From Candidatus Aminicenantes bacterium (lineage in GTDB: Bacteria > Acidobacteriota > Aminicenantia > Aminicenantales > JAFGAV01): a stretch of 64,000 nt of DNA. The stretch lies in contig JAFGAV010000118.1 in assembly GCA_016933515.1 (NCBI GenBank), positions 14,768 through 78,767 on the forward strand. The letters run 5' to 3'. Below the pieces are notes generated by a model. It saw nothing but the letters and a program-made list of their open reading frames with translations. It made no database searches and was not told the DNA's origin. Positions 48,353-56,485 of this stretch are shown here, in pieces (the first letter of the stretch is position 1; each line of letters opens with the position of its first letter). The translations under genes were made by a program, and so were the position numbers.

Positions 48353-49252
48353 ATGCCCGAACCTGCGGAGATTGAAGGACGCCGCTTCGCGAGAAAACCG
48401 GCCTGGTTGAAGGTTCCTCTCCCGTCGCATCCCAATTTTTTCCGTGTGGCGGACACGCTGAAAACGCAGGCCCTCCACACCATCTGCCGCAGCGCCCGTT
48501 GCCCGAACATCGCCGAATGCTGGTCGGAAAAAACGGCGACTTTTCTTCTCCTCGGGGACGTGTGCACCCGCTCCTGCAGATTCTGCGCGGTGAACAAAGG
48601 CGTCCCCGGCCCTCTGGATGAGGACGAACCCAACCGTGTGGCCGAAGCCGCGGCCGGCTTCGGGTTGATCTATGTCGTCCTCACCTCCGTGACGCGTGAC
48701 GACCTTCCGGACGGCGGCGCTTCGGCCTTCGCCCGAACGATCGCCGCCCTGAAAGACAAGATCCCCGGCGTGCGCGTGGAAACCCTCATCCCCGATTTTC
48801 AGGGAGACGAACGATCGCTGGAAACGGTGCTTGCCGCCGGGCCCGAAATCGTCAATCACAACCTTGAGGTCCCCGAGACGCTGTACCCGGCGATCGGCCG
48901 CCCGAGGGAGCGCTACCGACGCTCGCTGCGCCTGCTCGAGACGGCCGGCCGCCGGGGCGCCGTCATCAAGTCGGGTCTCATGCTGGGGCTGGGCGAAACG
49001 CCCGAGGATCTCGAACGGACCCTCTCCGATCTCCGCGGCGCGGGCTGCAAACTTCTGACCCTGGGGCAATACCTTCAGCCGTCCCGCGAGCACATTGCGG
49101 TGCGGAGGTACTGCGAGCCGGAGGAATTCGCCGCCTGGAAACAGACGGCTCTCAACCTGGGCTTCCGGGCGGTCGAATCCGGCCCGCTCGTCCGAAGCTC
49201 CTATCACGCCCGGCGGATGGCGGATCTTGCGGCGGCCGGGCCCGGGGGCTGA
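48353..49252 (+). CDS. lipA: lipoyl synthase
   Basis: CPNIAECW auxiliary cluster, CTRSCRFCAV radical SAM CxxxCxxC, RSSY C-terminal motif. Confidence 0.95.
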   Translation: MPEPAEIEGRRFARKPAWLKVPLPSHPNFFRVADTLKTQALHTICRSARCPNIAECWSEKTATFLLLGDVCTRSCRFCAVNKGVPGPLDEDEPNRVAEAAAGFGLIYVVLTSVTRDDLPDGGASAFARTIAALKDKIPGVRVETLIPDFQGDERSLETVLAAGPEIVNHNLEVPETLYPAIGRPRERYRRSLRLLETAGRRGAVIKSGLMLGLGETPEDLERTLSDLRGAGCKLLTLGQYLQPSREHIAVRRYCEPEEFAAWKQTALNLGFRAVESGPLVRSSYHARRMADLAAAGPGG

Positions 49253-49254
49253 TA

Positions 49255-49995
49255 ATGCGTTATCTCGTCTTCACCGACATCCACGGCAATCGGGAAGCCT
49301 TGGAGGCGCTCCTCGAATTCGTCTCGCGGAAAAAAATCGACCGCTATCTTTGCCTGGGCGACCTGGTGGGATACGGCGCCTCGCCGGACGAGACGATCGA
49401 GATTGTCCGGAAGCTCAAACCGCTGTCCCTCATCAGGGGGAACCACGACAAGGCCGTTTGCGGATTGGACGCCATCGAGACCTTCAACCCCATGGCCGCC
49501 TCGGCCATCACCTGGTCCCGAAAGACGCTCAGCCGGGAGCACAGCCGCTATCTGTGCGGACTGCCGAAAGGGCCCCTGATCGTCGACGGCCTCCTGACCA
49601 TCTGCCACGGTGCCCCGTTCGACGAGGATTTCTACATCTTCGGCGAATTCGACGCCGCCGAAGCGTTTCTGTACCTGGAAACGCGGATCGGCTTCTTCGG
49701 TCACACCCACTTTCCCTGTGTGTACGTCAAGACGGAGGATGCCGTCGAGGGGCGTCTTGTCGAAAAGGACCGCAGCCTCATCCGTCTGAAAAAAAACGCC
49801 GCTTATCTCATCAATCCCGGATCCGTGGGGCAGCCGAGGGACCGCAATCCCAAAGCCGCCTGCGCCCTTTTCGATTCCGAGGAATCGACCGTCTGTTTTT
49901 ACCGTTTCGAATACGACATCGCTCGGGCTCAGGAAAAAATCCTGGCCCAGAACCTCCCCCCGGCGCTGGCCGAGCGGCTGGCCCTGGGCATCTGA
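49255..49995 (+). CDS. metallophosphoesterase family protein (YfcE/MJ0936-like)
   Basis: FTDIHGN, GDLVGYG, GNHD, GHTH motifs. Confidence 0.8.
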   Translation: MRYLVFTDIHGNREALEALLEFVSRKKIDRYLCLGDLVGYGASPDETIEIVRKLKPLSLIRGNHDKAVCGLDAIETFNPMAASAITWSRKTLSREHSRYLCGLPKGPLIVDGLLTICHGAPFDEDFYIFGEFDAAEAFLYLETRIGFFGHTHFPCVYVKTEDAVEGRLVEKDRSLIRLKKNAAYLINPGSVGQPRDRNPKAACALFDSEESTVCFYRFEYDIARAQEKILAQNLPPALAERLALGI

Positions 49996-50009
49996 CCGGC
50001 CGGCTTTCC

Positions 50010-50858
50010 TCAGACCGGTCCGGGATTGGCGTAACAGTACACGCACGCATGAGGGCACGCCTGAGTGTAGCTTCCGATATCCACGGACCGCGTGCAACGG
50101 CAATCCCGACGCTGGGTCGTGTCCTTAGCCAGAGAAGTTCTTTCCCGCGCCGGATGGAGGGCCCCGAGCAGAGAGCCGTCGATGCAGGCCGACGGTCTGA
50201 CCCCCTCCACCCCGCCCAGAAAGCCTTGGCTGCAGGCGTGAAGCCTGAGACCCAGTTCCGAGGCGCGCGCGGCCAGTTCTCCGGCCGCGGCTCTCTTCTC
50301 TTCGACGGACGGGTCGAAGAAGTCAAATCCCCGCGCCCGAGCCCGGCGGACCGCCTTTCGGTACCACTGGGCGAAACTGAAGCGCATGTCCCGGATTCCG
50401 AGCGCCGCGGCGGCCGGAGCCAGCCGGTCGAAAAAATCCAGGTTCGACAGCGTCCGTCCCGACTCCTTCCAGAACACGACCGGGTCGAACCGAACCGAAA
50501 CTCGGCGCGCGTCGCCGGCGAGGCGGATGAGTTCCGGGAGCTGGGCCAAGGCTTCGCCGGCCTCCGGGACGCCGGGCTCGGCGACCGTCCCGCCCAGGCC
50601 GGTGATGGTGAAAAGAAAGTACAGCTGGTCGTAGCGGCCGAGAAGCTCGCGGAGGCCGTACCGTCCGGCGAGGAGCGCGGAAAAATTTTTCGACCACAGG
50701 ACGAGGGTGTGGACGTCTTCGGGCTTCAGGGCAACCGTTTTCCGGCGTCCCGAGGGCCCGCTGAAGTCCGCCCGGCCGGCGCGAAGCGCTCCGGCCAGCC
50801 ATTCGGGAAAAAACGCGGGAAGGTCCGTCCGGCGCGAGGCGCTGACGATTTTTTTCAT
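50010..50858 (-). CDS. DUF1848 domain protein
   Basis: 282 aa; N-terminus IVSASRRTDLPAFFPEW and C-terminal Cys cluster CRCTRSVDIGSYTQACPHACVYCYA. Confidence 0.65.
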   Translation of the reverse strand: MKKIVSASRRTDLPAFFPEWLAGALRAGRADFSGPSGRRKTVALKPEDVHTLVLWSKNFSALLAGRYGLRELLGRYDQLYFLFTITGLGGTVAEPGVPEAGEALAQLPELIRLAGDARRVSVRFDPVVFWKESGRTLSNLDFFDRLAPAAAALGIRDMRFSFAQWYRKAVRRARARGFDFFDPSVEEKRAAAGELAARASELGLRLHACSQGFLGGVEGVRPSACIDGSLLGALHPARERTSLAKDTTQRRDCRCTRSVDIGSYTQACPHACVYCYANPGPV

Positions 50859-50925
50859 GGCCGCTTGACAGCCCGCGGGACGTGCTTCACTATTCTTTCA
50901 TTATACGCCCCCGAGGAACGGAACG

Positions 50926-51744
50926 ATGCTCAGAGCGGAAAACCTGGTGAAAAATTACGGGAGGAAGCCGGCGGTCCGGGGAGTGACCCTGGAGGTCAGG
51001 CCGGGGGAAATCATCGGCCTTCTGGGCCGGAACGGCGCGGGAAAAACGACGATTTTCCAGATGATCGCCGGACTGTTGCGGCCCGATGCGGGGCGGATTC
51101 TTCTCGACGGGCGGGACATTTCGTTGCTGCCCACGGACAGGCGGGCCCGTTTGGGCCTGACCTATCTCCCCCAGGAACACTCGGTCTTCCTCAAGGCGAC
51201 GGTGACCGACAATCTTCGGCTTTCCCTCGAGCTTCAGCCTTACGGCAAGCGCGAACAGGAGCACATGGCCCGGCGTCTTCTTGAGGACTTGGGCCTCAGC
51301 GGCTTGGCGGGACAGAAAGCCTACAACCTCTCGGGGGGCGAGAGGCGGAGGCTTGAGATCAGCCGCGCCCTGACCCTCAAGCCCGGCTTCCTCCTTCTTG
51401 ACGAACCCTTCACCGGCATCGATCCCCTGACGATCCTCGACCTCCAGAGAATCCTCGGCCTCCTCAAGGACAAGGGCATCGGCATTCTGGTTTCGGACCA
51501 TAACGTCCGCGACACGTTTCACGTCGCCGACCGGGCCTACATCATCGATGAGGGGGAAATCCTGGTCGAGGGGCCGCCCCGGGACGTCGCGGCCGATCCG
51601 CGGGCCAAGGAAAGGTTCCTGGGGCAGGACTACGTTCAGGAGGCGGAAGACCCGAGGCTCAAGCCGGCGGAGAGCCCAGGCGATCTCCCAGGGTCTCGCC
51701 GAGGAACGAAAAGAACAAAGCGAAATAGCCGGCCAAAAGAATGA
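50926..51744 (+). CDS. lptB: LPS export ABC transporter ATP-binding protein LptB
   Basis: Walker A GRNGAGKTT, signature LSGGERRRLEI, Walker B LLLDEP, H-loop SDHN; non-conserved basic tail of about 35 aa. Confidence 0.85.
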   Translation: MLRAENLVKNYGRKPAVRGVTLEVRPGEIIGLLGRNGAGKTTIFQMIAGLLRPDAGRILLDGRDISLLPTDRRARLGLTYLPQEHSVFLKATVTDNLRLSLELQPYGKREQEHMARRLLEDLGLSGLAGQKAYNLSGGERRRLEISRALTLKPGFLLLDEPFTGIDPLTILDLQRILGLLKDKGIGILVSDHNVRDTFHVADRAYIIDEGEILVEGPPRDVAADPRAKERFLGQDYVQEAEDPRLKPAESPGDLPGSRRGTKRTKRNSRPKE

Positions 51745-52765
51745 GGTAGAAGACGCCCACCTGAAGAGCGGAATTGGCGATGATGTCGATGAGCGGGACG
51801 CTCAACACCCGGGAGGCGGCCCAGAGGGCCGCAATCCACAGAAGAGTGATCATCAGAAAGTCGTAAAGGCGCGCCTTAAGCCTTGAGAGGGGGCCGCGCC
51901 TGCGGCGGGGGCGAGGACGCAACCCGGGTTCGGCCCGGCGAAAATCGCCATCCCCGATCCCCGGTTCTTCCTCGGCGCTCTGTGACAATCGATCGAAACC
52001 GCGCTCGGCCTCGAACGACAGGTCCTCTCTCTCCAACGAAACAGCCGATGCGTCTTCCTGCGTCGGGGCCCGGAAGCCGGGAGTGACCCCCTCCTTGACG
52101 CGCTCGGCCCAGGGGGGGAGTTCGTCCGATGTCGGAGGTTTCTCCTCCTCGAACCTCAGGGGAGGCAGGTCTTTTTCCGAAAAGGCGACTTCCTCTTCCT
52201 CCCGGGAAGGAGGCGGTTCCCCCTCTTTTGAACGTTCCTTTTGCGCCATCGCGGACATCAACCGGGCGATGTCCTCTCTCTCTTCCTCCGAAGCGGGAAA
52301 ACCCGCCTCGAAATCCTCGGGGGGGGCCGATTCCTCGGCCGGAGTCTCAAAGGGCGGCGTTACGGACGATCCCAATGAGGAGGGACTTTCGAGGTCCATT
52401 TCGGGCAAGTCTCCCGTGGCGAACTTGCGCGCGGAGTCCGGCAAGGGCTCGTCTTCCAAATCTCTCTTTTGAGTCTCGAAGCTCAGATCGGGGATTTCCG
52501 TGCTTTTTTTTGACCGGGCCTGCTCGAGCGCGATTTCGTCCTCGGCCGGGGAGGGTTCGAACGGAGGCGTTATCGATTCTTCCCCGGAGGGGATTTCCAG
52601 ATCTTCATCCGGAAGACCGTCCTCGGCTTCGAGAATCTTTTCGCCGGGGATGTCCTCCTCGATGTTCTCGTCCTCGGGGAAAAGGAGCTGCGTCCCGCAG
52701 TTTTCGCAGTAGCGGTCGGCCTCGTCGATGATCGACCGGCAATAGGGACAACGTTTGATGGCCAC
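51659..52765 (-). CDS. zinc-ribbon protein with acidic/Pro-rich linker and C-terminal RDD-like membrane domain
   Basis: GTG start; CPYCRSIIDEADRYCENCG; roughly 250-aa low-complexity E/P/S-rich region; C-terminal TM helices (LYDFLMITLLWIAALWAA, VGVFYLILLAGYFALFFSFL). Confidence 0.6.
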   Translation of the reverse strand: MAIKRCPYCRSIIDEADRYCENCGTQLLFPEDENIEEDIPGEKILEAEDGLPDEDLEIPSGEESITPPFEPSPAEDEIALEQARSKKSTEIPDLSFETQKRDLEDEPLPDSARKFATGDLPEMDLESPSSLGSSVTPPFETPAEESAPPEDFEAGFPASEEEREDIARLMSAMAQKERSKEGEPPPSREEEEVAFSEKDLPPLRFEEEKPPTSDELPPWAERVKEGVTPGFRAPTQEDASAVSLEREDLSFEAERGFDRLSQSAEEEPGIGDGDFRRAEPGLRPRPRRRRGPLSRLKARLYDFLMITLLWIAALWAASRVLSVPLIDIIANSALQVGVFYLILLAGYFALFFSFLGETLGDRLGSPPA

Positions 52766-52772
52766 CGGCTAT

Positions 52773-52802
52773 TTTATATGCCCAAAGCCGGGGGATTGTC
52801 AA
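52773..52802 (-). promoter_or_regulatory. promoter candidate (TTGACA-N18-TATAAA) with -35 embedded in an 18-bp palindrome
   Basis: Minus strand TTGACA 52802-52797, TATAAA 52778-52773, only 7 nt before GTG 52765; palindrome GGGATTGT-CA-ACAATCCC at 52792-52809. Confidence 0.4.
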
Positions 52803-53036
52803 CAATCCCGGAACTCCGAAAAGAGCCCTGTTCCCGGTGAAGGACAACGCCTCAGGACGCCGGAGGGAAAAACATCCTATGAGGATCCTCCGGTCGGCAT
52901 TGAAATTCTCATGCCCGCGGGTCGGCGGTCCGCAGGGGAAACCGGAACATGCTCCCGGCCCGCGGAAACAACCGGTTTCATCGAATTGTCGTTTCGTCTC
53001 GGAAATGTCCGAGGAAGGCGGCTTTTCGACGCAAAA

Positions 53037-53065
53037 TTGACAACAAAAGACGTTTGGGATAAAAA
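53037..53065 (+). promoter_or_regulatory. sigma70-type promoter candidate for tRNA-Val (TTGACA-N17-TAAAAA)
   Basis: TTGACA 53037-53042, TAAAAA(T) 53060-53066, 13 nt upstream of tRNA 5' end. Confidence 0.55.
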
Positions 53066-53078
53066 TACCCTGCCGGGT

Positions 53079-53153
53079 GGGCGATTAACTCAGCGGTAGA
53101 GTGCTACCTTCACACGGTAGAAGTCACAGGTTCAAATCCTGTATCGCCCACCA
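53079..53153 (+). tRNA. tRNA-Val (anticodon CAC), CCA encoded
   Basis: Cloverleaf by hand: acceptor GGGCGAT/ATCGCCC, D stem ACTC/GAGT, anticodon stem CTACC/GGTAG with loop TTCACAC, variable AAGTC, T arm ACAGG-TTCAAAT-CCTGT, discriminator A, CCA. Confidence 0.95.
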
Positions 53154-53320
53154 TCCCGCTCCGGAGAGAGCTTTCATTCGTCCCCTATTTTTTTTTGGCG
53201 GGGGGCGTACAGGGGGGAAGAATATTTTTAAATTTTAATGAAACGCTGTCACCGGAATCGCTTCTCCAAAGTCGCCTCCCTTATCCCCCCTTGTTTCGCC
53301 GACGACTTCGGCCTGCCCCG

Positions 53321-54379
53321 CTAATCCAGATAATATCCGATCGAGCAGAAGCTGACCCAGTGGCGCAGGGAGAAAGGAGCGGTCGTTCCGAGTCCGGTCT
53401 TGACCAGGGGAAGAACGCCTTCACTGTAGGTGTCGGAGTCGCGTAAGAGCGTGCCGCTGATTTTTTTCCCGGTCGTCAGGGCCACGATTTTTTGAGCGGC
53501 GAGCAGGCCGAAGGGGACCGAGTATTTTCCGCACCAGTAGGTGTTGCGATAATCGAGATAGGTCTCTCCCCAGAGCTCCCGGGTCAACCCCTCGACTTTG
53601 CCTTCATCCATCGGGCCGGTCAGATATTCCCGGATCAGGCGTCTGTCGAGCTCCCGGGCCGTCTTCCAGGCCGTCTCGTCCTCGCCGAAAGGCGCGTTGT
53701 CGAAATCCCGGCCGTAGTGGTTTCCGTCCGAGGAAATCAGGAAGAAAACATCCCGTCCGGGAACCAGCCCCCTGTCCTTCATGTACGCGGCGATCGTCTC
53801 GGCCAGGCGCGTCGAGATCTCTTCCATTTTTTCAAAGGGCATCCCGGTGACCATGATCGGCGTGATGCGGACCTCGGGATTGAAATAGTGGAGCCAGGGC
53901 ACCTGGCCTTCGATCGAATGCTCCAGGGCATGCGCCGTATTGTTGACGGCGTAAAACGATTTGTCGAGATGGGTCTTGATGTGCTCCCGAAGCTCCGAAA
54001 CACCCACCGGACGGTCCAAGCCCGGCCAATCTTTGAAGGAGTCCAGGATCAGGAGACTCTGCGGATCGCCGATCTCTTTACGCACCGCACCGTGGGTGAC
54101 GCCGAACACGACCACTTCCCGGGTCCGAAGAATTTTGAACAGCGGGTGATAAACGCGGCCGGCGTAGAGATAGTCGTCGTGGGGAGCGACGGCGGCCACC
54201 AGCCCCTCGGCCGGATGAGAATCCCCCGCCTCCTTCTCGAGGAAATCCACGAGAGCTTTCATCGCTGTCGTGTTCCAGCAATAGCCCACGTCGTCCCGGA
54301 CGGGCCGCGTCTCCTGGGCGGCCAGGACGGCGACGAACAGGATTGCGGCCGTCAGGCCTGTCAAAGCTCTGTTTCTCAT
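53321..54379 (-). CDS. exported Memo-like / class III extradiol dioxygenase-fold protein (AmmeMemoRadiSam system protein B-like)
   Basis: 352 aa; signal-like MRNRALTGLTAAILFVAVLAAQ; AAVAPHDDYLYAGRVYHPLF...VVVFGVTHG resembles the Memo PHAGY.YSG...GP.H pattern. Confidence 0.45.
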   Translation of the reverse strand: MRNRALTGLTAAILFVAVLAAQETRPVRDDVGYCWNTTAMKALVDFLEKEAGDSHPAEGLVAAVAPHDDYLYAGRVYHPLFKILRTREVVVFGVTHGAVRKEIGDPQSLLILDSFKDWPGLDRPVGVSELREHIKTHLDKSFYAVNNTAHALEHSIEGQVPWLHYFNPEVRITPIMVTGMPFEKMEEISTRLAETIAAYMKDRGLVPGRDVFFLISSDGNHYGRDFDNAPFGEDETAWKTARELDRRLIREYLTGPMDEGKVEGLTRELWGETYLDYRNTYWCGKYSVPFGLLAAQKIVALTTGKKISGTLLRDSDTYSEGVLPLVKTGLGTTAPFSLRHWVSFCSIGYYLD

Positions 54380-54649
54380 TAGAAATTCCTCGTCAGAGAT
54401 TTTCTTCGTGTTGATAGTATCACCGCAGAACCTGTTTTCCCAGGGATTTTTAGGCTGCGCACTCTCCCTCCGACCGCCGCGCCGTTTTCGGTCGGACGAA
54501 CGGGCCTGCCGCTTTAAGTCCGCTTCTCGGAGGCGGAAGCGGGAACCGTCTGAAAATAACCAAGCCTCAAAAGAGGAGATTTAAGATACAATAGGCGGGC
54601 GCGACCGATCCGGTTCTTCCGCAAGAGGTCGCTTCGAGAAGATCACGGA

Positions 54650-55420
54650 ATGACGGACTCCCATGCCGAATCCCATCCCCGGCCGCCCGGGGCTCCGCTC
54701 CGGGGCGCCGCAGGCCGCATCTGGGAGGTCGATTTCCTGCGAGGCTTTTCGATCCTCCTCGTCGTCCTCTACCACGCGGCCTACGACCTCAGGGAGCTGG
54801 CCGGCGTGCGGACGCTTTGCGGCTGGGAGATTCCGCTCGGCAGCCCGGTGCTTGAAGCCGCGAGGAATTTTTTCGCCGGCCTTTTCATCGTCCTCTGCGG
54901 CATCAGCAGCACCCTGACCCGAAGCAACATCCGGAGGGCGCTGCGGCTGCTGGCCGTGGCCCTCATCATCACCGCGGCCACATATTTTTTCAATTCCTCT
55001 GCGGCCGTCCACTTCGGCATTCTCCATTGCCTGGGACTGTCGATCCTCCTCTATGGTCTGACTCTTGAAAAATCCGGCCCCCTGTCTTGCGCCGCCGCCG
55101 GAGCGGCCGTCTTTCTCTTGAGCGCCGCGTTTTTCCTTTTTCTTAAGAACACCGCGATCCCTTTCGACTGGCTTCTTCCGTTCGGCATCCACAGCGCGGC
55201 ATACGTCTCTTTCGATTACTTTCCTCTTTTTCCCTGGCTGGGCGTATTCCTCGCCGGAGCCGCTCTGGGCAAATCGGTTTATTCTTCCCGACGGAGCCTG
55301 CTCTCCAAGCCGCCGCCGGTGTCCTTCCTCAACATCGCCGGGCGTCATTCGCTCTGGATTTATATCGCCCATCAGCCCGTCCTGATCGGTGTCTTCTTCG
55401 TCACGGGGCTGCTGCGCTGA
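54650..55420 (+). CDS. DUF1624 / heparan-alpha-glucosaminide N-acetyltransferase-like membrane protein
   Basis: 256 aa polytopic; RIWEVDFLRGFSILLVVLYH N-terminal motif. Confidence 0.6.
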   Translation: MTDSHAESHPRPPGAPLRGAAGRIWEVDFLRGFSILLVVLYHAAYDLRELAGVRTLCGWEIPLGSPVLEAARNFFAGLFIVLCGISSTLTRSNIRRALRLLAVALIITAATYFFNSSAAVHFGILHCLGLSILLYGLTLEKSGPLSCAAAGAAVFLLSAAFFLFLKNTAIPFDWLLPFGIHSAAYVSFDYFPLFPWLGVFLAGAALGKSVYSSRRSLLSKPPPVSFLNIAGRHSLWIYIAHQPVLIGVFFVTGLLR

Positions 55421-55624
55421 TCCCCTCCGCCGAGCGGCGCCCCCTGTGAGCTGAAGGCTTATTTTCTTTTTTTCTTTCTTTATTCGGCCAAAGAATTGGA
55501 TCAGGAGAAGGAAGCCGGCCGGCCGTCGCCCAGCTCTCGTCAGCGAGCGTATCGCGAAGCCGACGGAGAAACCCGGAGATTCCGCGGCGTGAAAAACCGC
55601 GGCCGGGCGCCGAAGCCCTCCCCC

Positions 55625-55670
55625 AGGCCCAAGGCTCACGCCAAAGGACCGCACAAAGCGTCATGGAGCC
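55625..55670 (-). repeat. truncated, inverted copy C of the 82-nt repeat (first 46 nt only)
   Basis: Reverse complement GGCTCCATGACGCTTTGTGCGGTCCTTTGGCGTGAGCCTTGGGCCT is 39/46 identical to the 5' halves of copies A and B; similarity is lost beyond that. Confidence 0.65.
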
Positions 55671-55680
55671 GCACCCCCCC

Positions 55681-55707
55681 TTGACAATCCCGTTGTTCTA
55701 TTATAAT
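55681..55707 (+). promoter_or_regulatory. promoter candidate P1 (TTGACA-N15-TATAAT)
   Basis: TTGACA 55681-55686, TATAAT 55702-55707; the spacer is short (15 nt). Confidence 0.35.
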
Positions 55708-55721
55708 CCTATACGTATAGG
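55708..55721. promoter_or_regulatory. perfect 14-bp palindrome CCTATACGTATAGG (operator candidate)
   Basis: Read directly; lies between P1 -10 and a second TTGACA (55722-55727); related site ATTATACGTAAAGG at 55743-55756 (11/14). Confidence 0.5.
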
Positions 55722-55756
55722 TTGACAATAATTCTTATATAAATTATACGTAAAGG
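55722..55756 (+). promoter_or_regulatory. promoter candidate P2 (TTGACA-N17-TATACG) overlapping second operator-like half-palindrome and SD
   Basis: TTGACA 55722-55727, TATACG 55745-55750, site ATTATACGTAAAGG 55743-55756, ATG 55763. Confidence 0.35.
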
Positions 55757-55762
55757 TATATT

Positions 55763-56485
55763 ATGAACTCAAAAACGTTCACCCGACAGGAACTTGAAGC
55801 CCGTTTCCACGTTTCCCGTCCGGAACTGGAGAAATGGATGAAGCTCAAACTGCTTCTTCCCGCGGGCTTCGGCCCCAACAAGACGCCTCTCTTTTCCGAG
55901 GACGGCGGGGAGCGAATCGCGCACATCCAGAGGCTCCTTGATCTCGGATACGGCCTCGAAGATGTCCAGAAAATCCTGAAGAAAGTCGGCTTGCCGCAGG
56001 AAGAGCTTAAAAAAAAGAAACGCAAGACCCCGGAACGTTTCCTGACCGTGGGCGACCTGGCGGAACAGTCGGGCGTCAGCCCGCGGACGATCAAACACTG
56101 GGAAGACAAGGGCATCATCGTCCCCGACATGCGCAGCGAAGGAGGATTCCGCCTCTATTCCAAGGTCTTCGTCTTTCTCTGCCAGCTCATCAGGGACCTG
56201 CAGCTTTTCGGCTACACACTGGAAGACATTAAGGTCCTGTCCGGCTACTACCAGGACTATCAAAGGCTCCGGGACAGGCCGGAGTCCCTTCCCAAGGCGG
56301 CCGCGGACGCCAAGCTGGAAAAAATGCTGAGCGAACTCAAAGCGCTGTTCGACAAAATCGAAATGCTCAAGCAAGGCATCGCCCGCTGGGAAGACCTGCT
56401 TAAAAAGGCGAAAAAAGAGGTCCAGAACCTGAAACAAAAAAACGACAAGCGCCGCGGGGCGCAACGAGGAGCCGCTCATGCCTAA
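55763..56485 (+). CDS. MerR-family transcriptional regulator with apparently duplicated HTH region and C-terminal coiled coil
   Basis: 240 aa; canonical MerR HTH LTVGDLAEQSGVSPRTIKHWEDKGIIVPDMRSEGGFRLYS...GYTLEDIKVL at residues ~92-160; weaker MerR-like segment FTRQELEARFHVSRPELEKWMKLKLLLP...GYGLEDVQKIL at ~5-70; K/E-rich helical tail. Confidence 0.75.
   Translation: MNSKTFTRQELEARFHVSRPELEKWMKLKLLLPAGFGPNKTPLFSEDGGERIAHIQRLLDLGYGLEDVQKILKKVGLPQEELKKKKRKTPERFLTVGDLAEQSGVSPRTIKHWEDKGIIVPDMRSEGGFRLYSKVFVFLCQLIRDLQLFGYTLEDIKVLSGYYQDYQRLRDRPESLPKAAADAKLEKMLSELKALFDKIEMLKQGIARWEDLLKKAKKEVQNLKQKNDKRRGAQRGAAHA

Noticed and set aside
52816-53036. GC-rich 220-nt intergenic stretch upstream of tRNA-Val, examined as a possible SRP, 6S or other ncRNA
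   Set aside because: I could find no conserved SRP domain IV motif, 6S-like bulge architecture or riboswitch core. Nothing is supportable by eye.
54380-54649. Intergenic hairpins (CCGACCG..CGGTCGG at about 54470-54495; CCGCTTC..GAAGCGG at about 54520-54545), considered as terminators or a riboswitch
   Set aside because: No U-tract follows on either strand and no known riboswitch consensus is present. The evidence is insufficient.
54581-55654. 357-aa minus-strand ORF antisense to the DUF1624 gene
   Set aside because: The product is basic, Gly/Arg-rich and low-complexity. The sense strand encodes a coherent polytopic membrane protein.
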